DNA of 64,000 nt from Candidatus Cloacimonadota bacterium (GTDB taxonomy: Bacteria > Cloacimonadota > Cloacimonadia > G963667145), in the NCBI GenBank assembly GCA_963676615.1, contig OY781092.1, positions 384,001-448,000 on the forward strand, written 5' to 3'. The notes below the pieces were generated by a model. That model did not search any database. It was not told where the DNA came from and saw nothing but the letters and a program-made list of their open reading frames with translations. Both the position numbers and the translations under genes were made by a program. Shown one piece after another: positions 32,113 to 42,523 of this stretch (within the stretch, counting starts at the first letter, position 1; the number at the start of each line of letters is the position of its first letter).

Positions 32113-34314
32113 ATGCGAAAATTGTTGTTGATTTTGTGTTTGGTGTTTGCGGGTTCGCTGCTTTTTGCCAAAGATGTGCAGAAGATTTCCTTTAAGGGGC
32201 TGCAAAATGTGCAAGAGGGCGCGGCTCTGTCGCTGATGGGTCTGCGAGTTGGTGACTATTACGATCAGAAAATTTTGGACGAATGCAGGCACAATCTGGA
32301 AAAAAGCGGAATGTTTGCGTCGGTGAAAATCGCCGATTGGGCAGGCAGCATTGGCGTTACTGTGGCAGAAAATCCGATTGTGGAAAAGTTCACGCTGGAA
32401 GATTACGACGGCATCAGCAGGGCGGAACTGGAGAAGATGATCGATTTGCAGAGCGGCTCGTTTTGGTCGCAAACGCTCAAAGACACTTTCGCGATGCGGC
32501 TTCGGAATTTTTACGAAAAAGACGGATATTATAACGCGACCATCGATTTTGCCGTGACGAAATTGCCCAAAAATCACATCGATGTTGCCCTGACTTGCGC
32601 CGAGGGCGAGCGGGTGAAAGTGGAGAAAATCAATTTTTATGGCAACAAAAATTTCACTGACGATCAGCTGAAAGATGTGATGAAGACGAAAACTGCGGGC
32701 TGGTTTCGCTCTGGAAAATACAACAAGCAGGAGCTGGATCAGGACAGAGGCAGAATTTTGGCGTTTTACAACGAGAAGGGGTATATCGACGCGTCGGTTT
32801 CGGAGCCAGAGGTTAAGACCATGCAAGATTCCAATCGGCTGGAAGTCTCGTTCTACATCAAGCCTGGCGCGAAATTTTATCTAGGCGAAATTGTGGTTGT
32901 GGGCAACATTTTTTTCCCGCAGCAAGAGATTTTGGATATGTTCAAGTTCAAAAAAGACCAAATTTTCGACAAACAGGAGTTCGAGAAAAAGCTCTTCGAT
33001 GTTTACACGATGTATCACGAAGAGGGTTTTGTCTATTGCAAAATCGACTACGATTTGGAAAAAGAGGGCGGCAAAGTTAATGTGATTATCAATATCACCG
33101 AAAATCCCAGAGCCAAAGTTCGCAAAATTATCGTCCGTGGAAACAGGCGCACCAAAGAGAAAATCGTGCGGCGGAAATTGGCGATTCACCCTGGATTCTA
33201 CTACAAGCGCTCGGACATTGTAGCCTCGCAGCGGCGGATTTACAACACGGGATTTTTCGAAGCGGATATGGGCATCGATACGCGCGTGATTAACAGCAGC
33301 GGCGATATGGATGTGATTTTCGACCTCACCGACAGGAACTCGAACACGCTCAACGGCTCGGTTGGCTACAACTCGCTAGACGGAATGGTCGGAGAGTTCA
33401 GCGTGCAGATGCGCAACCTTTTGGGCAACGCTTGGCAGACTTCCGCCTCGGTGAAATTTGCCGAAAAACTGCTGAACTACGAGCTAAGTTTCACCAATCC
33501 ATATCTTTACGACTCCGATATTTTGGGCGGATTTTCCGTTTACAACACCGAAAGAGGCTACGACGACTACGACTGGCACAAAATCGGCGGCTCGTTCACT
33601 TTGGGTAAATACCTTTACTGGCTGGATTTCGCCAATGTGAAGCTCACCTACAGCAACTACATCACCAAATATTCCAATCTCAGCAGCGACGCCAGCGAAG
33701 ACCTGCAAAACGAAGCGGCGAAAGACTGGGAAAACACCAGCAGCGTCGGCTTGAATTTTTCTCGGGCGAACAAAGACAATGTTTTCTTCCCGAGTTTGGG
33801 CTCAGACTTCAGCATCTATTCCGAAATGGCAGGCGCTTTCCTCGGCGGCGACGAACATTTTTTCAAACAAATCTACCAAGTCAGCTGGTATTTGGATTTG
33901 CCCGGAAGCTTTGCCTTTCGCACAAAATGGCGCACAGGCTATGTCGAGCCGATACACACCGCCAGCGATGTGCCGCCAGCAGAAAAATTTTACATCGGCG
34001 GAATGGGCTATAACGGCTTGCGTGGCTACGGAAACAGCAGCATCCCCAGCGGAAGCGACGGCGCACGCAGAATGCTCATCTTCTCCAGCGAGCTCGCCTA
34101 TCCGCTCGTCGGCGAAACTTTCATCGGCTTGCTCTTCTACGACGCAGGCGACGCCAGAGACAGATACGAACAAATAAACTTCACCAACCTCAAAAACGGC
34201 GCTGGCTTTGGTTTCCGCTTCAACAGCCCAATCGGCATCATCGGGTTGGACTACGGCTACAACCTCGACGAAAATTCGTGGAAACCGCAATTTCAAATCG
34301 GGATGACATTTTAG
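32113..34314 (+). CDS. bamA: Outer membrane protein assembly factor BamA
   Basis: Signal peptide, POTRA repeats (GNKNFTDDQL, GNRRTKEKIVRR), LRGY motif, C-terminal aromatic strand FQIGMTF. Confidence 0.92.
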   Translation: MRKLLLILCLVFAGSLLFAKDVQKISFKGLQNVQEGAALSLMGLRVGDYYDQKILDECRHNLEKSGMFASVKIADWAGSIGVTVAENPIVEKFTLEDYDGISRAELEKMIDLQSGSFWSQTLKDTFAMRLRNFYEKDGYYNATIDFAVTKLPKNHIDVALTCAEGERVKVEKINFYGNKNFTDDQLKDVMKTKTAGWFRSGKYNKQELDQDRGRILAFYNEKGYIDASVSEPEVKTMQDSNRLEVSFYIKPGAKFYLGEIVVVGNIFFPQQEILDMFKFKKDQIFDKQEFEKKLFDVYTMYHEEGFVYCKIDYDLEKEGGKVNVIINITENPRAKVRKIIVRGNRRTKEKIVRRKLAIHPGFYYKRSDIVASQRRIYNTGFFEADMGIDTRVINSSGDMDVIFDLTDRNSNTLNGSVGYNSLDGMVGEFSVQMRNLLGNAWQTSASVKFAEKLLNYELSFTNPYLYDSDILGGFSVYNTERGYDDYDWHKIGGSFTLGKYLYWLDFANVKLTYSNYITKYSNLSSDASEDLQNEAAKDWENTSSVGLNFSRANKDNVFFPSLGSDFSIYSEMAGAFLGGDEHFFKQIYQVSWYLDLPGSFAFRTKWRTGYVEPIHTASDVPPAEKFYIGGMGYNGLRGYGNSSIPSGSDGARRMLIFSSELAYPLVGETFIGLLFYDAGDARDRYEQINFTNLKNGAGFGFRFNSPIGIIGLDYGYNLDENSWKPQFQIGMTF

Positions 34315-34345
34315 CTTTTTTTGCCTTTTGGGAAATTGAAAAACG

Positions 34346-35170
34346 ATGAAAAAATTTTGCCTTTTTTGCATCTTTTGTTTGATTGCGGCAATTTTTTCTT
34401 GTCAGAAATCTAAGCAAGGCGGGCTGGTTGTTACATCGCCAGAGATTGCCGATGTGCTGGTTAGCTTGGACGCCCAAGATTTGGTGGTGGCAGCCACGCG
34501 TGAATGCGCTTTGCCAAACGCTCAAACAGTCGGAAATTTCGGCAATGTCGATTTTGCCAAAGTCGTAAAACTCAATCCAAAAGCGGTATTGGCGACAGGT
34601 TTGGTGCAAGATTTGCTGGTGTCCAAACTGCAAAAATTACAGATTCCAGTTTATAAATTTTATGCACGAAATGTGCCGCAGATGCTAGAAAATGTTTTGC
34701 AAGTCGGCAAAATTTGCGGCAAACAAAAGCGAGCTGCGGCTCTGGTTGACAGCTTTCGTAGCGCTTTGCAAACGCTGGAGTTAGAGCCAAAATCGGGCTT
34801 GCGGGTTTACGCCGAAATCTCGGCAAAGCCTCTGGTGAGCACATCGGGCAGCTCTTTTGTGGGAGATTTGCTCAAAATCGCAGGCGGCAAAAACATCTTC
34901 GACACTTTGCCCAGTGACTACCCCAGAGTTCGTCAGGAGGCGATCATTAAAGCTGATCCGCAGGTGATTTTTTGCTTTGTGCCGGGTGTTAGCAAAGGCG
35001 AAATAGCTAGGCGTCTCGGTTGGCAAAATGTTGCCGCTGTCCGAAACCAAAAAATTTACACCACGCACGATTTTGATCCCGATGAGCTCCTGCGGGCTAC
35101 TCCCGCTTGCCTTGCGGGCATACGCCAGCTAAAAAAATTGCTGGCAGATCAGCAGGCGCAAAACAAGTGA
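34346..35170 (+). CDS. BtuF-like helical-backbone (cobalamin/Fe-chelate) binding lipoprotein
   Basis: IFSC lipobox, AGGKNIF, YPRV.QEAIIKADP, GWQNVAAVRN. Confidence 0.75.
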   Translation: MKKFCLFCIFCLIAAIFSCQKSKQGGLVVTSPEIADVLVSLDAQDLVVAATRECALPNAQTVGNFGNVDFAKVVKLNPKAVLATGLVQDLLVSKLQKLQIPVYKFYARNVPQMLENVLQVGKICGKQKRAAALVDSFRSALQTLELEPKSGLRVYAEISAKPLVSTSGSSFVGDLLKIAGGKNIFDTLPSDYPRVRQEAIIKADPQVIFCFVPGVSKGEIARRLGWQNVAAVRNQKIYTTHDFDPDELLRATPACLAGIRQLKKLLADQQAQNK

Positions 35171-36063
35171 AAAAAAGTTTTCTCCTTTTCGCTTTTCTTT
35201 CGGCGATTTACATCATCTTCGACTTCACCTCGTGGCAACTGCTCTGCCAACTCCGCCTGCCGCGCTACCTCTTGGTGAGCTTTGCTGGCGGCAGCCTCTG
35301 CCTTGTCGGACAAATTTATCAACAAATTTTCCGCAACCAACTCGTCGAGCCCTACATTTTGGGCATCTCCTCTGGCGCCGCGTTCGGCTCGTGCATCGCC
35401 TTTTTGAGCGGATTTTTTTTGCTAATGCCCCTCTTCGGCTTTTTGGGCGCCTTTGCGACGATGCTCATCGTCTTCAAAATCGCTGGCGCATCGGGCTATT
35501 TTAGCGGCTCGCGCCTGATTATCTGCGGCGTCGTCCTCAACTTTTTCTTCTACTCCCTAATCTCGCTGCTTTTATATCTGCTGGCGGACTCCCGCATCTT
35601 GGGCATTTTGCTCGGAAATTTCGACTACATCTTTTTAAAAAACGAATTTTACCTATTTTTGGTCGGACTATTTTTTATGGCAATCATAATATTTTCGCTC
35701 TTCCGCTTGCGTCGTCAGGTGGAAATTCTCTCGCTGGGAAATCAGCTGGCGCACTCCGTCGGGGTCGATATTCACAGGCTAAAAAAACGAATTTTCTTCG
35801 CCTCGTCGCTGCTTATCGGATTTTTCACCTCGTTCATCGGCATCGTGCCTTTTGTCGGGCTAATCGTCCCCAATCTCTTACGACGCCTAAAAGTCAAAGA
35901 GTTCAGCGCATTTTTTTGGTATGGAGCGTCGTTTTTGCTAATTTGCGACTTCACTTGCCAGTTTTTGCTCCCGTGGGTTTTGCCCGTAGGCGTGGTCACC
36001 TCAATCTTGGGAAGCGTCTTGTTCTTGTTAATCCTAGGCAAAAGCAAAAGCTCGCTTTTCTAA
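35167..36063 (+). CDS. FecCD/BtuC-family ABC permease
   Basis: LRLPR, FRNQLVEPYILGISSGA, GIVPFVGLIVP, LPVGVVTSILG; GTG start overlaps the upstream stop. Confidence 0.82.
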   Translation: MKKSFLLFAFLSAIYIIFDFTSWQLLCQLRLPRYLLVSFAGGSLCLVGQIYQQIFRNQLVEPYILGISSGAAFGSCIAFLSGFFLLMPLFGFLGAFATMLIVFKIAGASGYFSGSRLIICGVVLNFFFYSLISLLLYLLADSRILGILLGNFDYIFLKNEFYLFLVGLFFMAIIIFSLFRLRRQVEILSLGNQLAHSVGVDIHRLKKRIFFASSLLIGFFTSFIGIVPFVGLIVPNLLRRLKVKEFSAFFWYGASFLLICDFTCQFLLPWVLPVGVVTSILGSVLFLLILGKSKSSLF

Positions 36064-36194
36064 AAAAATCTGTCAAAAAATCAAAATTTAGCGGAGCAGA
36101 AGCGTCGCTGTTACTCTTTTTTACTTTTTTTCTTGTCAGCGTTTTAATATTATGAAAAGTTGGGAAAAATCGTTATCAAAAAAAGGAGTTGATT

Positions 36195-37553
36195 ATGGAT
36201 TTAAAAAACAGAGGCTCGTTTGGCACCAAAATCGGTGTCATTGCTGCGGCGGCTGGCTCTGCTATCGGTCTTGGCAACATTTGGAAATTCCCCTACATCA
36301 CTGGCGTGCACGGCGGTGGAGCGTTTTTGATCGTCTATCTTATCTGCATTGCCGTGATTGGCGTGACGGTGATGCTCGCCGAGTTTATTTTGGGACGGAT
36401 GACCCAGCGAAACGGCGTTGGCGCATTCAACGCGCTGGCTCCAAAAACTTACTGGTTTTTGGTCGGATTTTTGGGAATTTTGGCTGGATTTTTCATCTTA
36501 TCGTTCTACTCTGTCGTCGCTGGCTGGACAGTGGACTACATTATCAAAGCGGCTACAGGAGCTTTCACAGGCAAATCGGCAGCCGAGATTGGCGGAATTT
36601 TTGGAGGCTTCATCTCCAACGACTGGCAACCACTGATTTGGCACTTCGTCTTTATGTTGGTGACCGCAGGTGTCATCGTGATGGGCGTGCAAAAAGGTAT
36701 CGAAAAAACTGCCAAAATTTTGATGCCCGTTTTGCTGCTCATTTTGCTCGTGTTGTGCGTGAGAGCCGTAACTCTGCCGGGAGCAGGCAAAGGTCTTTCT
36801 TTCCTCTTTTCGCCAAACTGGTCTAGCTTGTCGGGCGAAGCGGTCTTGGTAGCGCTGGGGCACGCATTTTTCTCGCTCTCTTTGGGAATGGGCACGATGC
36901 TCATCTACGGTTCGTATATCAAACGCAAAGAAAATTTGGGCTCAATCGCCGTGCAGGTTAGCGTTGCGGACACACTCATAGCCGTTTTGGCTGGTGTGGC
37001 AATTTTCCCTGCCGTTTTTGCTTTCGGTATCGAGCCAGGCGCAGGTCCAGGCCTCGTCTTCGTGACTTTGCCCAATGTCTTCAACCAAATGCCCGGTGGA
37101 CAATTTTTCAGCTTCCTCTTCTTCGTCTTGTTGGCTTTGGCGGCTTTGACCAGCGCAGTCTCGATTTTGGAATGTTTGGTGGCTTACCTCATCGAAGAAA
37201 AAAATATCCCTCGCAAAAAAGCGACCATCTATATGGCGTTGGCTTGCTTCATTATCGGCATTCCGTGCTCGCTTTCGATGGGCTCGATGAGCGATGTGCA
37301 TTTCTTGCCTGGCAAAACATTTTTCGACACGCTCGACTACATCTCGGCTAACTGGCTTTTGCCGCTTGGCGGAATGTTTATCAGCTACTTTGTCGGCTGG
37401 AAAATGGACAAGAAAAAACTCGCCGACGAGCTCAGCAGCGACGGTAAATATTCGATATCCTACCTGCCAACATTCGTCTTTATCTGCAAATACATCGCTC
37501 CTGTGATAATCTTCATCGTCTTTTTGCACGGACTGGGAGTGTTTGGAAATTAA
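36195..37553 (+). CDS. Sodium-dependent transporter, neurotransmitter:sodium symporter (NSS/SNF) family
   Basis: GSAIGLGNIWKFPY, GGGAF, AFFSLSLGMG, GPGLVF; AAGGAG RBS. Confidence 0.93.
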   Translation: MDLKNRGSFGTKIGVIAAAAGSAIGLGNIWKFPYITGVHGGGAFLIVYLICIAVIGVTVMLAEFILGRMTQRNGVGAFNALAPKTYWFLVGFLGILAGFFILSFYSVVAGWTVDYIIKAATGAFTGKSAAEIGGIFGGFISNDWQPLIWHFVFMLVTAGVIVMGVQKGIEKTAKILMPVLLLILLVLCVRAVTLPGAGKGLSFLFSPNWSSLSGEAVLVALGHAFFSLSLGMGTMLIYGSYIKRKENLGSIAVQVSVADTLIAVLAGVAIFPAVFAFGIEPGAGPGLVFVTLPNVFNQMPGGQFFSFLFFVLLALAALTSAVSILECLVAYLIEEKNIPRKKATIYMALACFIIGIPCSLSMGSMSDVHFLPGKTFFDTLDYISANWLLPLGGMFISYFVGWKMDKKKLADELSSDGKYSISYLPTFVFICKYIAPVIIFIVFLHGLGVFGN

Positions 37554-37574
37554 GTAAAACTTAACACAGTTTTC

Positions 37575-37606
37575 AGGAGTCTGTCTTGCGGCGGACTCCT
37601 TTTTTT
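37575..37606 (+). terminator. Intrinsic terminator after the NSS transporter
   Basis: AGGAGTCTG/CGGACTCCT stem followed by a T run. Confidence 0.85.
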
Positions 37607-37690
37607 GTGCCCACCAAAAAATTTCGGGCAGGATTGCTGGAGTTATACTAAATTGTTGACATCAATCGTCGCTATCAGAAATTTAGGACG

Positions 37691-38512
37691 ATGAAAAAAA
37701 TAGAATGTAACAAAATTTCCAAAGCTGTTTCGGACGCTTGTCAGACCTTGGCGAGTGAGTTGGATTGCGAGATTGTCGCTAAATTGCAAAAATACGAAAG
37801 CGACAGTAAAGTCGTGTCGATGATGCTCAAAAATATCCGCTTGGCAGGTGAAAAAACGCTTCCGATTTGCCAAGACACGGGCACCGTTGTCGTCTTTGCG
37901 GAGATTGGGCAAGAGGTGCAGATTGTCGAAGGTAGTTTTGAGCAGGCGATAAATGACGGCGTGCAGGCGGGTTATAAGCTTTTGCGCAAATCAATCGTGC
38001 GCGATCCGCTTTTTTTGCGGGAAAATTCCCAAGACAACACGCCAGCGGTTATTCACGCCAGAATCGTTCCTGGCGATTGTCTGCGACTGACTTTGCTTGC
38101 CAAAGGTGGCGGCGCGGAAAATAAAAGCACGCTGAAGATGTTTAATCCGACAGCGTCACCGCTGGAGATAGAAGATTTTGTGGTTGATTGGGTGCAAAAA
38201 GCTGGTTCGGCGGCGTGTCCGCCCTATATCGTTGGAATTGGCATTGGCGGCAATTTTGAGCAGTCGGCTTTGCTCGCCAAAAAGTCTTTGGCAGAGCCGT
38301 TGTCCGCTCCAAATCCGAACAAAAATTATGCGCAGATGGAAGCTTCGCTTTTGCAAAAAATTCAGGCGTTAAAAATCGGTCCGCAAGGTTTGGAGGACGA
38401 GCCTACAGCGTTGGCGGTGAAAATTTTGAGCGCACCTTGCCATATTGCCAGTTTACCCGTTGCGATAAATTTGGGCTGTTATGTAAATCGCCATTTGGAG
38501 TTAACGCTATGA
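37691..38512 (+). CDS. Fe-S hydro-lyase (class I fumarase/tartrate dehydratase) alpha subunit
   Basis: PICQDTG, DNTPAVIH, KGGGAEN, CPPYIVGIGIGG, CHIASLP. Confidence 0.9.
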   Translation: MKKIECNKISKAVSDACQTLASELDCEIVAKLQKYESDSKVVSMMLKNIRLAGEKTLPICQDTGTVVVFAEIGQEVQIVEGSFEQAINDGVQAGYKLLRKSIVRDPLFLRENSQDNTPAVIHARIVPGDCLRLTLLAKGGGAENKSTLKMFNPTASPLEIEDFVVDWVQKAGSAACPPYIVGIGIGGNFEQSALLAKKSLAEPLSAPNPNKNYAQMEASLLQKIQALKIGPQGLEDEPTALAVKILSAPCHIASLPVAINLGCYVNRHLELTL

Positions 38513-39000
38513 AAATTAAAGATTTGCAAGAGCTAAAGGCTGGCGATTTTTTTTATTATAGCGGCGAAATTTATTTGGCACGAGACGCAGCGCATTCCCG
38601 ATTATGCAAACTTCTGCAAGAGGGCAAACCACTACCTTTTCCGCTGAAAGACAGCGCAATTTTTTACGCTGGTCCGATATTGAACGACGAAAAAATAGTT
38701 TCGTGCGGTCCGACGACCTCGTCGAGGATGGACAAATTTACGCCGAGTTTGCTGGACAATGGGGTCAAACTTTTGATTGGCAAAGGGCAAAGAAGCTTTC
38801 AGGTGCAACAATCTTTGCAAAAAAATAGGGCGATTTACGCTTTAGCTTTGGGCGGTTGCGGCGTGCTTTATGCGCAGTCGATTTTGAGTCAGCAGATTTT
38901 GGCGTATCCCGAGCTGGGCACAGAGGCGGTGCGAAAACTATTGGTTGACAAAATGCCGCTTTGGGTTGGCATTGATGCTCAGGGGAGGAGCGTTATATGA
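38509..39000 (+). CDS. Fe-S hydro-lyase beta subunit
   Basis: ARDAAH, YAGP, GPTTSSRM, IGKG, ELGTEA; ATGA overlap with the alpha subunit. Confidence 0.9.
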   Translation: MKIKDLQELKAGDFFYYSGEIYLARDAAHSRLCKLLQEGKPLPFPLKDSAIFYAGPILNDEKIVSCGPTTSSRMDKFTPSLLDNGVKLLIGKGQRSFQVQQSLQKNRAIYALALGGCGVLYAQSILSQQILAYPELGTEAVRKLLVDKMPLWVGIDAQGRSVI

Positions 39001-39311
39001 GCGATTTTTTGGTGGAATACGACAAAAAAAAGATACAGCAATTTTTGGAACTTTTGGAAAGAAAGATAGATTTCGAGCGGTTCAACAAGCCGATTTTGAG
39101 CTACAAAACCGACGCCGATTATGTTTATTACACGGTTTGGGAAGAGGAGATTTTGGAAAAATTGGGCGTTGAGAATATCTCTGGCTACGACTATCGCGAC
39201 CCTGTGTTTTTTTGCCCAGACTGGATAACTGACGAGGGTTTGGACGACGACGACGATTTTGATGATGACGACGATTTTTTGGACGATTTGGGCGATTTGG
39301 AGGATTTGTGA
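38997..39311 (+). CDS. Hypothetical protein with very acidic C-terminal tail
   Basis: 104 aa, GGAGG RBS, 4-nt overlaps with both neighbours. Confidence 0.75.
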   Translation: MSDFLVEYDKKKIQQFLELLERKIDFERFNKPILSYKTDADYVYYTVWEEEILEKLGVENISGYDYRDPVFFCPDWITDEGLDDDDDFDDDDDFLDDLGDLEDL

Positions 39312-39997
39312 TTAGTCAAAATTTGCAAAAAGTGCGGGACAATATCGCTTTTACTTTAAAAAAAAACGGAGATTCTGACAGAAATGTGAAGCTAATTGTC
39401 GTCACCAAAACGCATTCGGCAGAAAAAGTTGACGAAGCTATCGCCGCAGGAGCGGAGTTTATCGGAGAAAATAAGGTGCAGGAAGCCGCGGGAAAACTGC
39501 CGCTTTTGCAACAAAAATACCAAGAGTTTCACTTTATTGGGCATTTGCAGAGCAACAAAATTGGTAAACTTTTGCAGCTAAATCCTGCGCTTATTCATTC
39601 GTTGGACAAATTTTCGACTGCTCAAAAGCTCAATACCGCCTTGGCAAATCTCGGCAAAACGCAGAAAGTGCTGGTGCAGGTGAATACCTCGGAAGAGGCA
39701 AGCAAGTCGGGCACGAGCAAAGAGGACGCTTTTGCGTTGGTCAAAAAAATTTCGGAGCTCCCGAATTTGGAGGTTGAAGGGCTGATGACGATTGGCTCGC
39801 TGAGTCCAGATGTGGATGCGACCAAGCGCTGTTTTGAAAATTTGCGAGAGATTTTTGAGGAGTGCAAAGCGATCAAAACGGCAAAGATGAAGTGGCTCTC
39901 GATGGGGATGAGTGGCGACTACGAGCTGGCTTTGGAATGTGGGGCGAATATGCTGCGGGTTGGTAGCTCTATTTTTGGAGCGCGAGACTATATTTAA
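39308..39997 (+). CDS. yggS: PLP homeostasis protein (YggS/PROSC)
   Basis: VVTKT, GENKVQE, HFIGHLQSNK, GLMTI, LSMGMSGDY, RVGSSIFGAR. Confidence 0.95.
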   Translation: MISQNLQKVRDNIAFTLKKNGDSDRNVKLIVVTKTHSAEKVDEAIAAGAEFIGENKVQEAAGKLPLLQQKYQEFHFIGHLQSNKIGKLLQLNPALIHSLDKFSTAQKLNTALANLGKTQKVLVQVNTSEEASKSGTSKEDAFALVKKISELPNLEVEGLMTIGSLSPDVDATKRCFENLREIFEECKAIKTAKMKWLSMGMSGDYELALECGANMLRVGSSIFGARDYI

Positions 39998-40021
39998 AGA
40001 TCGAAAAATAAAGGGAAAATT

Positions 40022-42514
40022 GTGGGCAAGAAGAAGAAAAATTTTAGTAGAAGTGTAGAAAAAAAAGTTGAAAAAAGTTTGTCATCACCGAGTTTTTGGC
40101 AAAAAAATCGGGCGTGGCTTTATCCAACGATTTTGGCATTTTTTGCGCTGGTGTGTTTTTGGCCGATAAGTTTTGGAGGCTATCGCACGGCGGGATACGA
40201 CTCTGTTTCGTCTGGAGAAAATTTGAATAAGCAGTGGCAAGATGCCACAGGAGAAAAAGTTTATTACGACTTGTCGATTTTTTCGGGAACTCCAGGCTAC
40301 GCTTTTGTGGCGAGCGAACCAAAAGCTTATAGCGCCTACTATTTTTTGAAATTGCACAATTTGCTGGGTAACGGCGGACTTTATATGCTAATGGGCGTTT
40401 TGGGCTTTTTCTTTTTGCTTCGTCATCTAAAAATCGGGCGAATGGCAGCGTTTTTTGCCTCGCTCGGATTTACGCTTATTCCGCATTGGGGCGTGCTTTT
40501 CGCTATCGGGCATATTTGGAAATATGAGGCAGTTTTACTCATACCGTTCTGTTTGCTTTTTTATTTGAAACTTTTTGATAAGCCGTCGGTGAAAAATTTA
40601 GTCTTTTTCTCGTTTTTTCAGGTGTGGCAGATCCAGCGAAATCACTACCAAATTATCTATTACACAGCGATGCTAATCGGTTTTGTGTCGATTGTGAAAA
40701 TTATTGAGTATCGCAAAGATTTTCAGCGGTTGTTCAAAAGTGCTGTGTTCATTTTTTTGGCAGCGATTATCGTCGTCGGCGTGACTTTTCAGCCGATGTA
40801 TCTCACGCAGGAGTATTCCAAATACACGATAAGAGGCGCCAAGACCGAAGACGGCAGAACGGGGCTCACCAAATCTTATGCGACTTCGTGGAGTTTGTCG
40901 CCCAAGGAACTGTTGGCGCTGCTGATTCCCAGAGCTTTTGGTGGAGCCAGCGGAGAGCGATACGATGTCGGCAGTCCAGACTATCCGCAGTTGGCAGGGC
41001 GCGACATTCCTGGCTATTGGGGCGATATGCCCTTTACGCAAGGCACCGATTATGCGGGAATTGTGCTGGTTTTTTTGGCGTTCATCGGCGTAATTCTCAA
41101 CTGGCACAAGGGAATGGTCAAAAGTTTTGCCTTTTTGGCGATTTTGGCGGTGTTTCTTGCTTTCGGTCGACATTTTTCGCTCGTGTATGACCTGTTTTTC
41201 AACTTTGTGCCTGGATTTAACAAATTCAGGGTGCCGTCGATGATTTTGATTTTGGTGGAGTTTCTTTTGGCAGTGCTTGCGGGATACGGTCTTAACGACA
41301 TTTTGCAAAACAAAAAAGAGCGGCTTTGGAAGGTTGTGCTGATTAACTTTTTCGCATTTTTGTCGATTGGCTTGCTGGTTTTGATTTTTTCGGGACAGTT
41401 TTCGTTTTCTTCGCCGGCAGACCGCTACGATGCGCAAACTTTGATGATAATAAAAAATATTCGCAAAGAGTTTTTGATTTCCGATTCGCTGCGCTATCTA
41501 TTTTATTTGGTGCTAACTTTCGGTTTGATAACGGCTTATCTAAAAAATTGGCTCAAGAAAAAAACGGTTTTCCTCGTTTTAATTTTGGGGCTAATGCTGA
41601 TCGATTTTTTGCAAATTCAAAACAGATTTTTGTTCAAAAAAAGTTCGACGGGCTATGTAAATTTGCAGAAAGGAAGCGAGGTTTCGGAGAAAGTTTTCCA
41701 AAAAAGTGAAGCCGAAAAATTTATTTTGTCGCAGCAACCGTCAGGCGAAATTTTTAGCCCATATCGAGTCTATCCCGTGACGAGTGACTTTTGGGCGACC
41801 AAAAATTACTCCACTGTTTTGCAGTCTATCGGTGGTTATTCTGCGGCGAAATTGCGAATTTACCAAGATTTGGTGGATTATGGCGTCGTTGATGGCGGGC
41901 TTGCTAGAAATATCACCAATATGCTCTCGGCGAAATATTTTATGACTCCAGCAAATCTGCCAAATCAAGCGCCGTTTGAGGATTTACAGCTGGTTTATAC
42001 GGGTCCAAAATATAATGTCTATTTGAATCAAGAGGCGTTGCCCAAGGGCTGGTTTGTGCAAGATTATCGGGTTGTGCCGACCAAAAATCAGAGATTTTCT
42101 TTGTTGAAAAGCGAAGAGTTTTCGGTGAAAAATATCGCTCTTTTGGAGGCAGATCCGCAGTTGAAAATTGAGGCTCCAGCGGGAGAGAAAGTTGAACTTT
42201 TGAGTTTTTCGCCTCACGAAATCGACTTCCGTTTGCAAAATCAAAAAGATGGGCTTTTTGTGGTCAGCAGTGTTTACTATCCAGACGGATGGCACGCATA
42301 TTTAGACAATAAGGAAGTGCCGATTTACAAGACCAATCATGTGCTTTCGTCGGTTTTCGTGCCAGCGGGGCAGCACACTTTGCGCCTTGAATTTGCGCCA
42401 TACAGTATGCAGTGGACGAAAATGGTTTCGCAAAGTTTTAAGCTGGTGTGGTTGCTGTTGTTTTTGTGGGTCGTTGCCAAAGGCGTTTATCAGTGGAAAT
42501 TCCGAAAAAATTAA
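40022..42514 (+). CDS. YfhO-family multi-pass membrane protein (putative GT-C glycosyltransferase)
   Basis: Many TMs; NHYQIIYY, YWGDMPFT, PGFNKFRVPSM, IGGYSAAKL, YYPDGWHAYLD, VPAGQH. Confidence 0.8.
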   Translation: MGKKKKNFSRSVEKKVEKSLSSPSFWQKNRAWLYPTILAFFALVCFWPISFGGYRTAGYDSVSSGENLNKQWQDATGEKVYYDLSIFSGTPGYAFVASEPKAYSAYYFLKLHNLLGNGGLYMLMGVLGFFFLLRHLKIGRMAAFFASLGFTLIPHWGVLFAIGHIWKYEAVLLIPFCLLFYLKLFDKPSVKNLVFFSFFQVWQIQRNHYQIIYYTAMLIGFVSIVKIIEYRKDFQRLFKSAVFIFLAAIIVVGVTFQPMYLTQEYSKYTIRGAKTEDGRTGLTKSYATSWSLSPKELLALLIPRAFGGASGERYDVGSPDYPQLAGRDIPGYWGDMPFTQGTDYAGIVLVFLAFIGVILNWHKGMVKSFAFLAILAVFLAFGRHFSLVYDLFFNFVPGFNKFRVPSMILILVEFLLAVLAGYGLNDILQNKKERLWKVVLINFFAFLSIGLLVLIFSGQFSFSSPADRYDAQTLMIIKNIRKEFLISDSLRYLFYLVLTFGLITAYLKNWLKKKTVFLVLILGLMLIDFLQIQNRFLFKKSSTGYVNLQKGSEVSEKVFQKSEAEKFILSQQPSGEIFSPYRVYPVTSDFWATKNYSTVLQSIGGYSAAKLRIYQDLVDYGVVDGGLARNITNMLSAKYFMTPANLPNQAPFEDLQLVYTGPKYNVYLNQEALPKGWFVQDYRVVPTKNQRFSLLKSEEFSVKNIALLEADPQLKIEAPAGEKVELLSFSPHEIDFRLQNQKDGLFVVSSVYYPDGWHAYLDNKEVPIYKTNHVLSSVFVPAGQHTLRLEFAPYSMQWTKMVSQSFKLVWLLLFLWVVAKGVYQWKFRKN

Positions 42515-42523
42515 ATTTATGAG

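Noticed and set aside
34315..34345. Cobalamin riboswitch before the BtuF-like gene
   Set aside because: Only 31 nt of intergenic space
36152..36826. 224-aa same-strand alternative-frame ORF over the NSS transporter
   Set aside because: No motifs; Arg/Trp/Cys-rich composition typical of off-frame reading
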